A stretch of 64,000 nt of DNA from Candidatus Nanoarchaeia archaeon (GTDB taxonomy: Archaea; Nanobdellota; Nanobdellia; Woesearchaeales; UBA525), in contig JANQNB010000018.1 of assembly GCA_028279755.1 (NCBI GenBank), forward strand, positions 302,191 through 366,190, given 5' to 3'. Below the pieces are notes generated by a model. That model searched no databases, was not told the origin of the DNA, and worked only from the letters and a program-made list of their open reading frames with translations. Made by a program: the position numbers and the translations under genes. Shown piece by piece: positions 46,840 to 57,078 of the stretch. How positions within the stretch are numbered: the first letter of the stretch is position 1; each line of letters begins with the position of its first letter.

Positions 46840-47934
46840 ATGGTCGATTACAACGAGCGCATCGCTGAAATGGAGAAGGAACTCTCGACCATGCAGTACA
46901 ACAAGCGCACGCAGCACCATTACGGCTTGTTGCGTGCACGCATCGCGCAACTGAAGGAGAAGCAGGAGAAACGGAGCAAAAGCGCGGGGAAGAGCGAAGG
47001 CTATGAGGTCAAGCGCAGCGGGGACGCGACCGTGATCCTGCTCGGCTTCCCGAGCACAGGAAAATCGACTTTGCTCAACGCGCTCACTGACGCGAACAGC
47101 GAGATCGGCGCGTACGCCTTCACCACGCTCACGGTCGTTCCTGGCGTCCTGAAACACAAGCACGCGCGCATCCAGCTCCTCGACGTGCCGGGCATCGTGC
47201 AAGGCGCCGCTTCAGGCCGTGGCCGAGGCAAGGAAGTCCTTGCCAGCATGCGCAGCGCTGACATGGCTTTGATCGTTGTCGACGCCACACGGCCGGGTGA
47301 CCTGCCGGTCATCAGGCGCGAAGTGTATGATACACGGATCCGGCTTGACCAGGAACAGCCTGACGTGCGCATCAGAAAGACGATCAAGAACGGGGTGCGC
47401 GTCGGCCGCACGGTTGCAACTCCTTTGTTAGACAACAAGACGATCACCGACATCCTCAAGGAATTCCGGATCAACAATGCCGAAATAACCATACGAACGC
47501 CGATCGATGCCGACCAGTTCATCGACTGCATCGAAGGCAACCGGAAATACATGTCTTCGATCACTGTGCTCAACAAGATCGACCTGCTCGACGCCAGGAC
47601 ACTTGCCAAAGTGAAACGGGAAATCAAGCCGGACATCTGCATCAGCGCGAAGAACGACAAGAACCTCAGCAAGGTCAAGGAATTGATCTTCCAGCGCCTC
47701 AAGCTCATCAGGATCTATCTGAAGGAACCGGGAAAGGAAGCGGACATGAAGATCCCGCTCATCATGTTCAGGAACTGCACGATCAGGGACGTTTCCAACA
47801 AACTCCACCGGGACTTTGAGAAGAAATTCAAGTTCGCACGCGTCTGGGGACCGAGCGCGAAGTTCGACGGACAACGCCTTATGCTCGGGCACCGGCTCAA
47901 GGACGAGGATGTTCTCGAAATCCATCAACGATAG
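46840..47934 (+). CDS. drg: DRG-family GTPase with a TGS domain
   Basis: GFPSTGKSTL, YAFTTL, DVPG, NKID, FARVWGPSAKFDGQ. Confidence 0.95.
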   Translation: MVDYNERIAEMEKELSTMQYNKRTQHHYGLLRARIAQLKEKQEKRSKSAGKSEGYEVKRSGDATVILLGFPSTGKSTLLNALTDANSEIGAYAFTTLTVVPGVLKHKHARIQLLDVPGIVQGAASGRGRGKEVLASMRSADMALIVVDATRPGDLPVIRREVYDTRIRLDQEQPDVRIRKTIKNGVRVGRTVATPLLDNKTITDILKEFRINNAEITIRTPIDADQFIDCIEGNRKYMSSITVLNKIDLLDARTLAKVKREIKPDICISAKNDKNLSKVKELIFQRLKLIRIYLKEPGKEADMKIPLIMFRNCTIRDVSNKLHRDFEKKFKFARVWGPSAKFDGQRLMLGHRLKDEDVLEIHQR

Positions 47935-47963
47935 AAAAAAGGGAAAAGCGTTTAGAAGCGGGT

Positions 47964-48365
47964 TTACCGTCGGCGTCGCTTAGCCGGTTTCTTGCGCTTG
48001 GTCGTTTTCTTCTTCGCTTTGCGCTTCACGGTCTTCTTCTTCGCCTTCTTCTTCGGCTTGCGCTTCGCGACTTTCTTCTTCGCCTTGCGCTTCACGGTCT
48101 TCTTCTTGGCTTTCTTCTTCGCCTTCTTCTTGCGCTTTCGGCCGCCGCGAGCCATCTTCGTTCGAGCCACGTTCCCCTTCTTGTCGAGGAAGTAGAGATA
48201 CCCGTCTTCTCGTCGAACGCCACACTTGACGACGACTTCCTGTCGCTTGCTCGTCCGCACGCCGGCACGTGCCATCTGCACACGAGCGACATTACCTTTC
48301 TTGTCGATGAAGTAGAGCCAACCTTTCACTCTCTTCACACCGCACTTAACCAAGACTTGTGCCAT
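47964..48365 (-). CDS. CC1-like chromatin protein with a histone H1-like Lys/Ala tail
   Basis: Tandem KCGVxR.xG[WY]LYF[IL]DKKGNVAR..MAR repeats; KKKAKKK tail; SD GAGGTGG. Confidence 0.8.
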   Translation of the reverse strand: MAQVLVKCGVKRVKGWLYFIDKKGNVARVQMARAGVRTSKRQEVVVKCGVRREDGYLYFLDKKGNVARTKMARGGRKRKKKAKKKAKKKTVKRKAKKKVAKRKPKKKAKKKTVKRKAKKKTTKRKKPAKRRRR

Positions 48366-48517
48366 CTTATGTACCACCTCACTGGTGTATGCGCGCGGCC
48401 AAGCGTCACGTGTTTAAATAGTTTTCCTTCCGACGGGGGCTCGAGGAGAGAAACAGGATGTCCCTCTTCCTTGATGGCAAACAATATTTATATAGTGATT
48501 CCCGTCGGGAAGTGCTT

Positions 48518-51241
48518 GTGACAGACCAGCATAAGGTGGCGCTCGAGACATTGTACCATCTCCTTGACAGCTCTGGCTCGGGACTCACCAGCGTCGATGC
48601 GGCGCGCCGCCTGGAACAGCACGGCGCGAACGAGCTCCATGTCCGGAAGGAAACACCTGAGATCGTGAAGTTCCTGCGGCAGTTCAAGAACTTCTTCGCG
48701 CTCCTGCTCCTCGTCGGCAGTGCGCTGGCTTTTTTCGCTGAGTATCTCGATCCAGGACAGGGCAATTTGTATATTGCCTTAGCGTTGATCGTCGTCGTCT
48801 TCCTCAACGCGCTCTTTACCTATATCCAGGAGCACCAGAGCGAGCGGATCATGGAGAGCTTCCGGAACATGCTGCCGCCGATGATCAACGTCATGCGCGA
48901 CGGGAAAGCGCGAAAGATCGAGGCCCGGCTGGTCGTGCCCGGCGACATCATTCTCCTCGAGGAAGGAGACAAGATCCCTGCGGACTGCAGGCTCATCGAG
49001 ATCAACAATCTCAAAGTAGACCATTCGACCCTGACTGGCGAGAGCGAGCCGCAACTGCGCAAGCTCGAATGCACGCACGACAACATCCTCGAGAGCAGGA
49101 ACATGGTGTTCTCAGGAACATTGGTGCAGAGCGGGGACGGCAAGGCCCTGGTCTATGGCACGGGCATGGAGACGCAGATCGGCAAGATCGTTCAGCTCAC
49201 CAAGGAGACTAAGGACGTCGAGACTCCGATCCGGAAAGAGTTGAAGCATTTCATCAGCGTCATCTCGAGCATCGCCCTCATCCTCGGCGCGCTCTTCTTC
49301 ATTGTCAGCCTGTTGATGGGCAAGCAGATCATTGGCAGTCTCATCTTCGCCATCGGTATCATTGTTGCGAATGTTCCGGAAGGATTGCTCCCGACCGTGA
49401 CGCTGGCTCTCTCGATGGCGTCCCGGCGTATGGCGAAGAAGAACGCGCTCATCAAGAACCTGGAGAGCGTCGAAACGTTGGGCTCGACCACAGTGATCTG
49501 CACTGACAAGACTGGCACGATAACGCAGAATCGGATGAAAGTGACAACCTTGTCGATCGACAATACCGAATGGGCGGCGCAGGATCCTGAACTGAAAAAG
49601 GAGAAAGGGCTGAGCGTGGCGTGGGCTGCCATGGCCTTGTGCAACAACGCACGCATCGAAGCCCACCAGCACGACGGCGGCAGCGCATCGAGATTGCCGA
49701 ACATCGGCTTTGCCGGCGACCCCACAGAAGGCGCGCTCCTCCTCTATGCAGACAAGCTCAAGAGCATCAGGGCATTGCAGCATCGGCTGAAACGGATCCA
49801 TGAGATGCCGTTCGACAGCGAGACGAAACGCATGATCACGACGCATCATGTGAAGGGGAAGAAGAACATCGCCTATCTCAAGGGCGCGCCTGAGGTCGTG
49901 CTGCACATGTGCAAGAGCATGTACTGCAAAGGGAAGGACGTGCCGCTCACAGCGGCGCGGAAGCAGAAAGCAAAGGAGATCTATCACCGCCTCGCTTCCC
50001 GGGGGGAACGGGTCTTGGCTCTCGCGTACAAAGAGACGAACCAGGACAGGGCAGACGAGCACGGCTTCACCTTCATCGGACTGGTCGGCATGTTGGATCC
50101 GCCACGCCCCGAGATCCCGGACGCAATCCTGAAATGCCGCAGCGCCGGCATCCGCGTCTTCATGATCACCGGCGATCACCAGTTGACAGCCGAAGCGATC
50201 GCGCGACAGGTCGGATTGTATACTGGAAAAGGGAAAATCGTGAACGGCGAGCAATTGCACACGATGAGCGATGACAAGCTACGGGAATTGCTCCACGAGC
50301 AGGAGCTGGTATTCGCCCGCACAAATCCCTTGCAGAAGCTGCGCATTGTCACAGCCCTGCGCGCAAAAGGCGAAGTCGTCACTGTCACTGGCGACGGCGT
50401 GAACGATGCGCCAGCCTTGAAGAACGGGGATATGGGTGTCGCCATGGGCATCTCCGGGACTGAGGTCGCGAAGGAAGCGAGCGACATGGTCCTGATGGAT
50501 GACAACTTCGCCACGATCGTGAACGCAGTCGAGGAAGGCCGCACCATCTTCGCGAACATCAAGAAGTTCATCGCGTACATCCTGACCTCGAACATACCAC
50601 AAATCCTGCCATTTATTGCCTTCGTGCTTCTCAGCATTCCACTGCCGTTGACAGTGGTTCTCATTCTTTCCATTGATTTGGGAACAGACCTCATACCCGC
50701 GCTGGGATTGGGCAGTGAGAAGCCGGAGAGTGATGTCATGAAACAGGCACCCAGGAAGAGGAGCGAACGCTTGCTCACTCGGAAGCTCATTGGCGTGAGC
50801 TACGGCATCGTCGGCATGATCCAGGCAGCAGCCGGATTCTTCGCATACTTCACTGTGCTGTATCGCGGCGGCTGGCAATGGGGCCAGGAGCTCGCGTTCA
50901 ACAACCCCCTCTATATGAAAGCGGTCACCGCCTTCTTCGCCGCAGTCGTGATCTGCCAGGTGACCGACGTGCTGATCTGTAGGACGCGTCGCCAGAGCCT
51001 CTTCACTGTCGGCGTGTTCTCGAACAAGCTGATCAACCTGGGCATTGTCGCTGAGCTCGTGCTCCTCGCGATCATCGTGTTCACGCCCTGGCTCCACCCC
51101 TTCTTCGGGACCGCGCCGCTCGGTCTCTTTGAGCTCAGCCTGGGCATCCCCTTCGCGATCCTCATCCTGGTGTTCGGCGAGGGCCGCAAGCTGCTCACGC
51201 GCCGTGGGAACCAGTTCACTGCCAAGTACCTGATGTGGTAA
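48518..51241 (+). CDS. P-type cation-transporting ATPase, type IIC (Na+/K+-ATPase)-like
   Basis: TGESEP, VANVPEGL, DKTGT, KGAPE, TGDGVND, YILTSNIP, IDLGTD. Confidence 0.93.
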   Translation: MTDQHKVALETLYHLLDSSGSGLTSVDAARRLEQHGANELHVRKETPEIVKFLRQFKNFFALLLLVGSALAFFAEYLDPGQGNLYIALALIVVVFLNALFTYIQEHQSERIMESFRNMLPPMINVMRDGKARKIEARLVVPGDIILLEEGDKIPADCRLIEINNLKVDHSTLTGESEPQLRKLECTHDNILESRNMVFSGTLVQSGDGKALVYGTGMETQIGKIVQLTKETKDVETPIRKELKHFISVISSIALILGALFFIVSLLMGKQIIGSLIFAIGIIVANVPEGLLPTVTLALSMASRRMAKKNALIKNLESVETLGSTTVICTDKTGTITQNRMKVTTLSIDNTEWAAQDPELKKEKGLSVAWAAMALCNNARIEAHQHDGGSASRLPNIGFAGDPTEGALLLYADKLKSIRALQHRLKRIHEMPFDSETKRMITTHHVKGKKNIAYLKGAPEVVLHMCKSMYCKGKDVPLTAARKQKAKEIYHRLASRGERVLALAYKETNQDRADEHGFTFIGLVGMLDPPRPEIPDAILKCRSAGIRVFMITGDHQLTAEAIARQVGLYTGKGKIVNGEQLHTMSDDKLRELLHEQELVFARTNPLQKLRIVTALRAKGEVVTVTGDGVNDAPALKNGDMGVAMGISGTEVAKEASDMVLMDDNFATIVNAVEEGRTIFANIKKFIAYILTSNIPQILPFIAFVLLSIPLPLTVVLILSIDLGTDLIPALGLGSEKPESDVMKQAPRKRSERLLTRKLIGVSYGIVGMIQAAAGFFAYFTVLYRGGWQWGQELAFNNPLYMKAVTAFFAAVVICQVTDVLICRTRRQSLFTVGVFSNKLINLGIVAELVLLAIIVFTPWLHPFFGTAPLGLFELSLGIPFAILILVFGEGRKLLTRRGNQFTAKYLMW

Positions 51242-51273
51242 TTTTTTTAAACCACGCCTGGTTTCTCGACGAT

Positions 51274-52986
51274 ATGATTGAATATGGCCCGCGAGTAGAT
51301 ATCGTTCTGCTCAAGCAGGCAGGAAAGGACCGAGATGCGATAGTTGATGCACTGCTTGACAAGAACTTCTTTGTCCACGTGACTGAGGATGTGCATGAGG
51401 CAGAGCGCATCGATAAGGAGTGCGCGATCGGGCAAGTCCTGGCTGGCAAGGGATTTGATCCGAAAGTCAAGAGTGCGGTCGTGCAGCTTGGTGAGAACTC
51501 ACCAGCGGCTATTGCGGCTGCAGCTGAACAAGCGCGCTGCGCGCGCCTCAAGCTCGACGATCTTGTGGATAAGGTCGAATACTTCTACCAGGATCCGGCA
51601 AACATCTTCGTGTTCAGCATCTACATGGACGTCCGGACCGGCATGCTCGGCGACTCCAAGGAGGAATGCGTGCCGCCGATGCTGTGCACCAGCGATGATG
51701 GCAAGCTGACCTTGTGGATCGACACTGCAGGAGAGCAGAAAGTCTCCCAAATCATCTTCAAGAAAGTGATCGAAGAGGATTATGGCAAGAAGATCGAACG
51801 AGAATGCTATGACAAGACAACACCCCTGCTCGAATTCGTGCGATCAATTCCTGAGCGAGAACTAGGGAAGCGGACTGACAAGGAACTCGGCGATCTCCTG
51901 CTCAAATTCTTACGCCTGTTCGACGCGAAAGTCCAATACGCCAGCCTGAGCAGTGTCATGGAGTTCACCACCCAAGTGTTCACCAATCACCTCAAATCAC
52001 TGCTCGTTGACAAGCTGTCTGATCTTGAAGAACGGGAACGCGTGTTCAGCGTCCTCACGACACCAACAAAACTATCCTACATCCGCCGCTTCGAGCAGGA
52101 GCTGGCACGCATCGGGATCAAGCGACTGGAAAACAAGGATTGCGACGCCGACATCGCGCGCGTCGTGAAAGAATGGACCTGGATCAATTTCAACTATGAC
52201 GGTGAGCCCATCGATAAAGAATGGGTACTGCAGCGCATCGATGAGCTGGGCTCGACAAAGGATGATTTCGCGAAACTGCTCGAAGACGAGACCCAAACTG
52301 TCATGAAAGAGCAAGAGGCCTTGGTGCAAAAGTTCAAGCTGACTGAGAAGGAACAAGAGCTTTTCAGGCTCGGCAGGGAGATCATCTACCTTAAGTTCAT
52401 GCGCAAAGGCGTTTATGCAGAGAGCTTCTTCTACAACAAGATGCTCCTGGCAGAGATCGCTGAGCGGATCGGTCTGGAAACAACAGACATGCTGCACCTT
52501 CTGCCAGAAGAGATCCTCGGCGCGCTTGTCGTGGGCAGTTTCCCCAAAGCCCTCATACCGAAGCGGATTAAGCAAGCATTGTACGTCCACGGCGAGGGGC
52601 ATTCTTCGCCGCTCAGCAATGACTTGCGCGAGAAGTATATTGTCGCGCCGGAAATGCAGGAGGAGATCTCCGGTACGACAGCATATCCTGGCATGGTGAA
52701 AGGACGCGTCAAGCATGTCAATGTCGTCGAAGACATGAAAGGATTTGAGAAGGGCATGATCCTTGTCTCCAGGAATACGAATCCCGCGCTCGTGCCAGCA
52801 ATGCAGAAAGCGGCCGCGTTTGTCACTGACACTGGCGGCATGACCTGTCACGCAGCATGCGTCGCGCGCGAGATGAAGACGCCGTGTGTGGTGGGCACTG
52901 GTAACGGCAGCAGGATCCTGAAGGACGGCGACCTTGTCGAAGTCGACGCTACCAACGCAACAGTGAAAATTATCGAGAAGAAATGA
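51274..52986 (+). CDS. PEP-utilising enzyme mobile (swivel His) domain protein
   Basis: C-terminal TDTGGMTCHAACVAREMKTPCVVG...VEVDA; no ATP-grasp domain seen. Confidence 0.85.
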   Translation: MIEYGPRVDIVLLKQAGKDRDAIVDALLDKNFFVHVTEDVHEAERIDKECAIGQVLAGKGFDPKVKSAVVQLGENSPAAIAAAAEQARCARLKLDDLVDKVEYFYQDPANIFVFSIYMDVRTGMLGDSKEECVPPMLCTSDDGKLTLWIDTAGEQKVSQIIFKKVIEEDYGKKIERECYDKTTPLLEFVRSIPERELGKRTDKELGDLLLKFLRLFDAKVQYASLSSVMEFTTQVFTNHLKSLLVDKLSDLEERERVFSVLTTPTKLSYIRRFEQELARIGIKRLENKDCDADIARVVKEWTWINFNYDGEPIDKEWVLQRIDELGSTKDDFAKLLEDETQTVMKEQEALVQKFKLTEKEQELFRLGREIIYLKFMRKGVYAESFFYNKMLLAEIAERIGLETTDMLHLLPEEILGALVVGSFPKALIPKRIKQALYVHGEGHSSPLSNDLREKYIVAPEMQEEISGTTAYPGMVKGRVKHVNVVEDMKGFEKGMILVSRNTNPALVPAMQKAAAFVTDTGGMTCHAACVAREMKTPCVVGTGNGSRILKDGDLVEVDATNATVKIIEKK

Positions 52987-54416
52987 TAACAAAAGCAGAG
53001 ATCAAGAAGATATCGTGGTATGTGCAGGCAGGCGCTGCAAGCCCGGTCGGCATCGGCGTCCCTTTGCTGAGCATCGGCGAAGAACACCCTGGCACGTTCA
53101 GCTTTCCGCAAGACAGCAGCTATCTGGAGAAGAACGAGAAGGGCTTCCAAGTTTACCATCACTTCGACAAGGAAGAAACGAAGAAATTGGCGTGCCAGAT
53201 ATTCCAGCGTTATGAAGAACGTCCCGAACTCTTTCTCGAGATCGAGCAGCGCATGATCAGGCTCGGCAAGGAACTCGAGACAGCAGGCCTTGCACTCACC
53301 GAGCGCGAGCTGGATCCTGGATTCGCAGACGACTATCACGCGGTGTTCCGCATGGCGATCGCGGTCTGGCAGGACAGCTACTTCCCTGACTTCTTCGATG
53401 TGGACGAGGAACTGAACTTCTCGCTCATCTTCGGCACTGAGCTCCCGGATCGGGAGACCATACTGAAACTCATGGTCACGCCCTCGCCAGGACTGGTGCA
53501 AGCGGAACAGATTTCCTTTCTTGAACTATGCATTGCGCTCAAAGATGGCAAGGACGCGAACAAGCTTCTGGAACAGCATGCTAAGGAGTATTGGTTCATC
53601 ACCAATGATTTCGAGACCTCGACCAAGCTGACTGCTGAAGACTTCAAGAAGAAAGCCGAGGATCTGCTTGCAAAGCCTGGGGGGTATGACGCGCTGGAAT
53701 CAGAAATGGAGAATGCTGCCCGTCTCCGCGAGGAAGCGGCAGAACTCCGGCAAGGCCTGGCTGCTGACGTCAGGAAACGCCTGGACTTCTTCCTCTGGAG
53801 CGCGCTCTTCCGCGACGTTCGAAAGAAGTATGCGCAGATCATGAACTACGTGCAACTCACAATCGCGAAGAAGGTCGCGGCACGTGATGGCGTGCCGCTG
53901 GAGACAGTCATGTGGTTGCTCCCTGACGAGCTCGAGGACGCGATAACGAACGGCGTTGCTGTGTACAAGAATAAGATCGCCAATCGCGAAAAGCACGGAC
54001 TCTTCTTCTACACCAAGCGTGCCGGAGAGCAGGACCGTGTTTCTGGCGAAGAAGCACGCGACTTGTTCGACGCGATCACAAACACCTTCCTCAGCGACGA
54101 AGCCATCACCGGCAATCCTGCATCAGCTGGCACTGCGCAAGGCACGGTGCGGATCATGCTCAACCAGGCAGACTTCCATCGGTTCAAGAAAGGCGACATC
54201 CTCGTGGCGCCGATGACCCGGCCCGAATACGTGCCCTTGATGAAAAAAGCTGCTGCGATCGTGACTGACGAAGGCGGTTTGACTTGTCATGCGGCTGTCG
54301 TGTCCCGAGAACTGGGCAAGCCCTGTGTTATCGGCACGCAAGTGGCCTCGCGCGTGCTCACAGATGGTGCACACGTCGAAGTAGATGCCAATAAGGGTAC
54401 AGTACGGCGAGTCTAA
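52983..54416 (+). CDS. PEP-utilising enzyme mobile (swivel His) domain protein
   Basis: MTRPEY, TDEGGLTCHAAVVSRELGKPCVIG. Confidence 0.87.
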   Translation: MITKAEIKKISWYVQAGAASPVGIGVPLLSIGEEHPGTFSFPQDSSYLEKNEKGFQVYHHFDKEETKKLACQIFQRYEERPELFLEIEQRMIRLGKELETAGLALTERELDPGFADDYHAVFRMAIAVWQDSYFPDFFDVDEELNFSLIFGTELPDRETILKLMVTPSPGLVQAEQISFLELCIALKDGKDANKLLEQHAKEYWFITNDFETSTKLTAEDFKKKAEDLLAKPGGYDALESEMENAARLREEAAELRQGLAADVRKRLDFFLWSALFRDVRKKYAQIMNYVQLTIAKKVAARDGVPLETVMWLLPDELEDAITNGVAVYKNKIANREKHGLFFYTKRAGEQDRVSGEEARDLFDAITNTFLSDEAITGNPASAGTAQGTVRIMLNQADFHRFKKGDILVAPMTRPEYVPLMKKAAAIVTDEGGLTCHAAVVSRELGKPCVIGTQVASRVLTDGAHVEVDANKGTVRRV

Positions 54417-54419
54417 GAA

Positions 54420-54521
54420 CTACATATTGGCCCGGCGGCGCTTCTCCTTCTTCATCCGCTTGCGCTGCCATTTCCAGCGCATCTGGCCCTTCTTCTTCCA
54501 ACGACGGGAACTTCGCTTCAT
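54420..54521 (-). CDS. rpl41e: Ribosomal protein L41e (eS32)
   Basis: MKRSSRRWKKKGQMRWKWQRKRMKKEKRRRANM; own TTTATAAA TATA box. Confidence 0.85.
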   Translation of the reverse strand: MKRSSRRWKKKGQMRWKWQRKRMKKEKRRRANM

Positions 54522-54619
54522 CTATCTCGTGCGAACAGTGAGGGCTTTATAAACGTTGCGACTGCTGTTTGAGCGTGTTTTGCGAAACATTTATATATAG
54601 AAATCACTACTATATAATG

Positions 54620-55408
54620 ATGACAAATAAGACTGTCTTGGAAGAGGTCACGCTTGGCATGATCGTCAGGGACGAGCTGATGAATGCTGCTGGCGGCCTG
54701 CTTCCTGTGCTGGAAACGCAGGCGCCTCATTATGGCGCAGTCAGGATCGCTGATACTGGCTCCACAGACGGCACACGAGAACTGCTTGAAGAGCTCTCAG
54801 CGCAGTATCCGCATCTCACTGTCATGGACATCCCGTTCAGGGGCTATGGCCCGTCACGCCAGGCAGTCAGTGACGCGATCGAGACGCCCTGGATAGCGTG
54901 GGTTGACGCTGACGAGATCATCTTTCCGGAATCAGTCGACAGGCTGGCTGTAAATATGTCAATGAAGCCGCACGCGCATGGGCATATGGTGAAGCATCTT
55001 GTCGTGCTACCGGGTCAAGAACCCAAGCCAGCAGCCAACTGGAACCCGAGAGTCTACAGAGTGCAAGGATCAGAATTCGAAGGAAAGATCTGGGAAGTGG
55101 TGGACGTCCCGGGAAAATGCTCCCAGTCTTTTGACGTCGAACTGCTGCATTTCCGTCCTAACGAGCCAGGCATGCAGGCACGCGACAACTGGTATGAGAA
55201 CTTCGCCGTGAACCTTCGCGAGGGGACAGGACCGAACGGCAACGGGAACTTTGCGCTCTGGAAGACGCCGCACCCGGCAAGCCTCAAACGCTTCGGCATC
55301 TCACTGCCGGACGTGTTCACGCGATTGGAAGCGATGGGATTGCACCCCAAACCAGAAATCTACGACAATCTCAGCTATGATCGGCCAAGTTCGCTGCCGA
55401 CGCGATAA
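54620..55408 (+). CDS. Glycosyltransferase family 2
   Basis: TLGMIVRDE, ADTGSTDGT, WVDADE. Confidence 0.85.
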   Translation: MTNKTVLEEVTLGMIVRDELMNAAGGLLPVLETQAPHYGAVRIADTGSTDGTRELLEELSAQYPHLTVMDIPFRGYGPSRQAVSDAIETPWIAWVDADEIIFPESVDRLAVNMSMKPHAHGHMVKHLVVLPGQEPKPAANWNPRVYRVQGSEFEGKIWEVVDVPGKCSQSFDVELLHFRPNEPGMQARDNWYENFAVNLREGTGPNGNGNFALWKTPHPASLKRFGISLPDVFTRLEAMGLHPKPEIYDNLSYDRPSSLPTR

Positions 55409-55417
55409 TATTGGAAT

Positions 55418-55894
55418 ATGAAGAAAATGATGTCTCGCTACATTGCCGCATTATACATCGCATTAGTAGCTACAACAGTTGCATGTACTCTCAAGCCTGC
55501 TCTCCGAACGCAGCCAGCAAGACCTTCCGAATTATTCGCATGTTATAGTTGCTACCAGGCAGCAAATCAAGAACACTGGGGCGCTCAACCATCCTTGCCG
55601 CCCAACAAGAACGCAACACCTGATGATGACCAATTCGTGACTCGAAGCTTCTTCGGAGAACGAAGAGGAACACAGTGGGCGGCGGGCATCGTGGAAACTG
55701 CAACTTATGTTTGGGAACGCGATGAGAATGGAGCCATACCCGGAATCGCACATTCGCATATTGACAGAAATTATTGCGGCTGGGGTGACACCTCTGCACT
55801 ACGTGCAGAATTAAGCGGGATTCCTGAAGACGTCGAGGAATGCACCCCTAAGATCAGGCAACAAGCAACAGCGACGCTTGAAAGCAAATTCTGA
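55418..55894 (+). CDS. Hypothetical secreted protein / lipoprotein-like
   Basis: N-terminal hydrophobic signal ending in VAC; atypical codon usage. Confidence 0.55.
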   Translation: MKKMMSRYIAALYIALVATTVACTLKPALRTQPARPSELFACYSCYQAANQEHWGAQPSLPPNKNATPDDDQFVTRSFFGERRGTQWAAGIVETATYVWERDENGAIPGIAHSHIDRNYCGWGDTSALRAELSGIPEDVEECTPKIRQQATATLESKF

Positions 55895-55906
55895 AAGCTC
55901 CCTTTC

Positions 55907-57061
55907 TTACTTCGCCAGTTCGATAATCTTCAGAACGTCCGCCTGTTTGAGTGGATGGGCCATCCCGACAGGCCCGTTTGCAGTGGCCCGCTTTGCCATC
56001 TCTTCCAGGCGATCGGTCGGCACCTCGAGCTGCGCCAGCGAGATAGGCATGCCAATGCTGGTGAGCCACTCCTTGAAAGCTTCAATGCCTGCCTTGGCTG
56101 CCGCTATATCCTGACTTTCTTCAACACCCCATACCTTTCGAGCCCATCGAGCAATACGGGCGGTTTCGGCATCGAGCTGGAAGGTCAGCCAGGCGGGAAA
56201 CACTGCTGCCAGACCTGCGCCATGCGCTACGTCGTAGAGCGCTGAGAGCTCATGCTCGACAGCATGCGTGCCCCAATCAGGGAGTCGGCCGATACCGAGC
56301 CAGTTATTGTGCGCGACCATGCCTGACAGCATCACTTCAGACCACGCATCATAGTCTTTCACGTTCTTGAGCACCTTCGGCACTTGTTCAATCACCGTTC
56401 TCATCGCCCCTTCAAGCAATTGATCGGTCAATGCCACGTTTTGTGTTATCGTGAAATAACGCTCGAGAAGATGAGCAAACATGTCTGCTGCGCCACAGCC
56501 GACTTGGTACTTTGGCAGGGTGAAGCACAACTCAGGATTGAGGATGCTGAACGCGGGATAGTTGAGTGGTGAGGAGACATGGGTTTTCACTAGGCCTTCT
56601 TCTTTGGTGATGACTGTCGCTGAAGATGACTCGCTGCCTGCAGCAGGAATGGTGAGGATCGTACCGACTGGCAAGGACTTTTCCGGAACTTTTCCTTCAA
56701 AGAAATCCCAGACATCGCCGTCGTAAGGAACACCTAAAGCGATCGCCTTTGCAGAATCAATGACACTGCCGCCACCGACAGCGAGAATGAAGCCGATTTT
56801 CTCCTTCCTGCAGAGTTCGATCCCCTCCTGGACAAGGCTCAGGCGCGGATTCGGCTTCACACCGCCGAGTTCCACAAACTCGATCTTCGCTGCTGTCAGC
56901 GAGGCCACGACACGATCATAGAGCCCTGATTTCTTGATAGAACCACTGCCGTAATGGAGAAGTACCTTTGCTTTGTACTGGGCAAGCTCCTCGCCAAGCT
57001 GGCGCTCAGTTCCTTTGCCGAAGATGATCTTTGTCGGATTCTGGAAAACAAAATCTTCCAT
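55907..57061 (-). CDS. Iron-containing alcohol dehydrogenase (butanol dehydrogenase/YqhD-like)
   Basis: FQNPTKIIFG, GVKPNP, AVGGGSVIDSAK, HAVEHELS, HGAGLA. Confidence 0.93.
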   Translation of the reverse strand: MEDFVFQNPTKIIFGKGTERQLGEELAQYKAKVLLHYGSGSIKKSGLYDRVVASLTAAKIEFVELGGVKPNPRLSLVQEGIELCRKEKIGFILAVGGGSVIDSAKAIALGVPYDGDVWDFFEGKVPEKSLPVGTILTIPAAGSESSSATVITKEEGLVKTHVSSPLNYPAFSILNPELCFTLPKYQVGCGAADMFAHLLERYFTITQNVALTDQLLEGAMRTVIEQVPKVLKNVKDYDAWSEVMLSGMVAHNNWLGIGRLPDWGTHAVEHELSALYDVAHGAGLAAVFPAWLTFQLDAETARIARWARKVWGVEESQDIAAAKAGIEAFKEWLTSIGMPISLAQLEVPTDRLEEMAKRATANGPVGMAHPLKQADVLKIIELAK

Positions 57062-57078
57062 TATGCCACCCAGTATAA

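Noticed and set aside
45679-47202. 507-aa ORF call, and similar N-terminal extensions such as 55907-57208 and 5488-7308
   Set aside because: The extensions run antisense through drg, through tRNA genes or through promoter regions; real starts were placed at 46761, 57061 and 5545.
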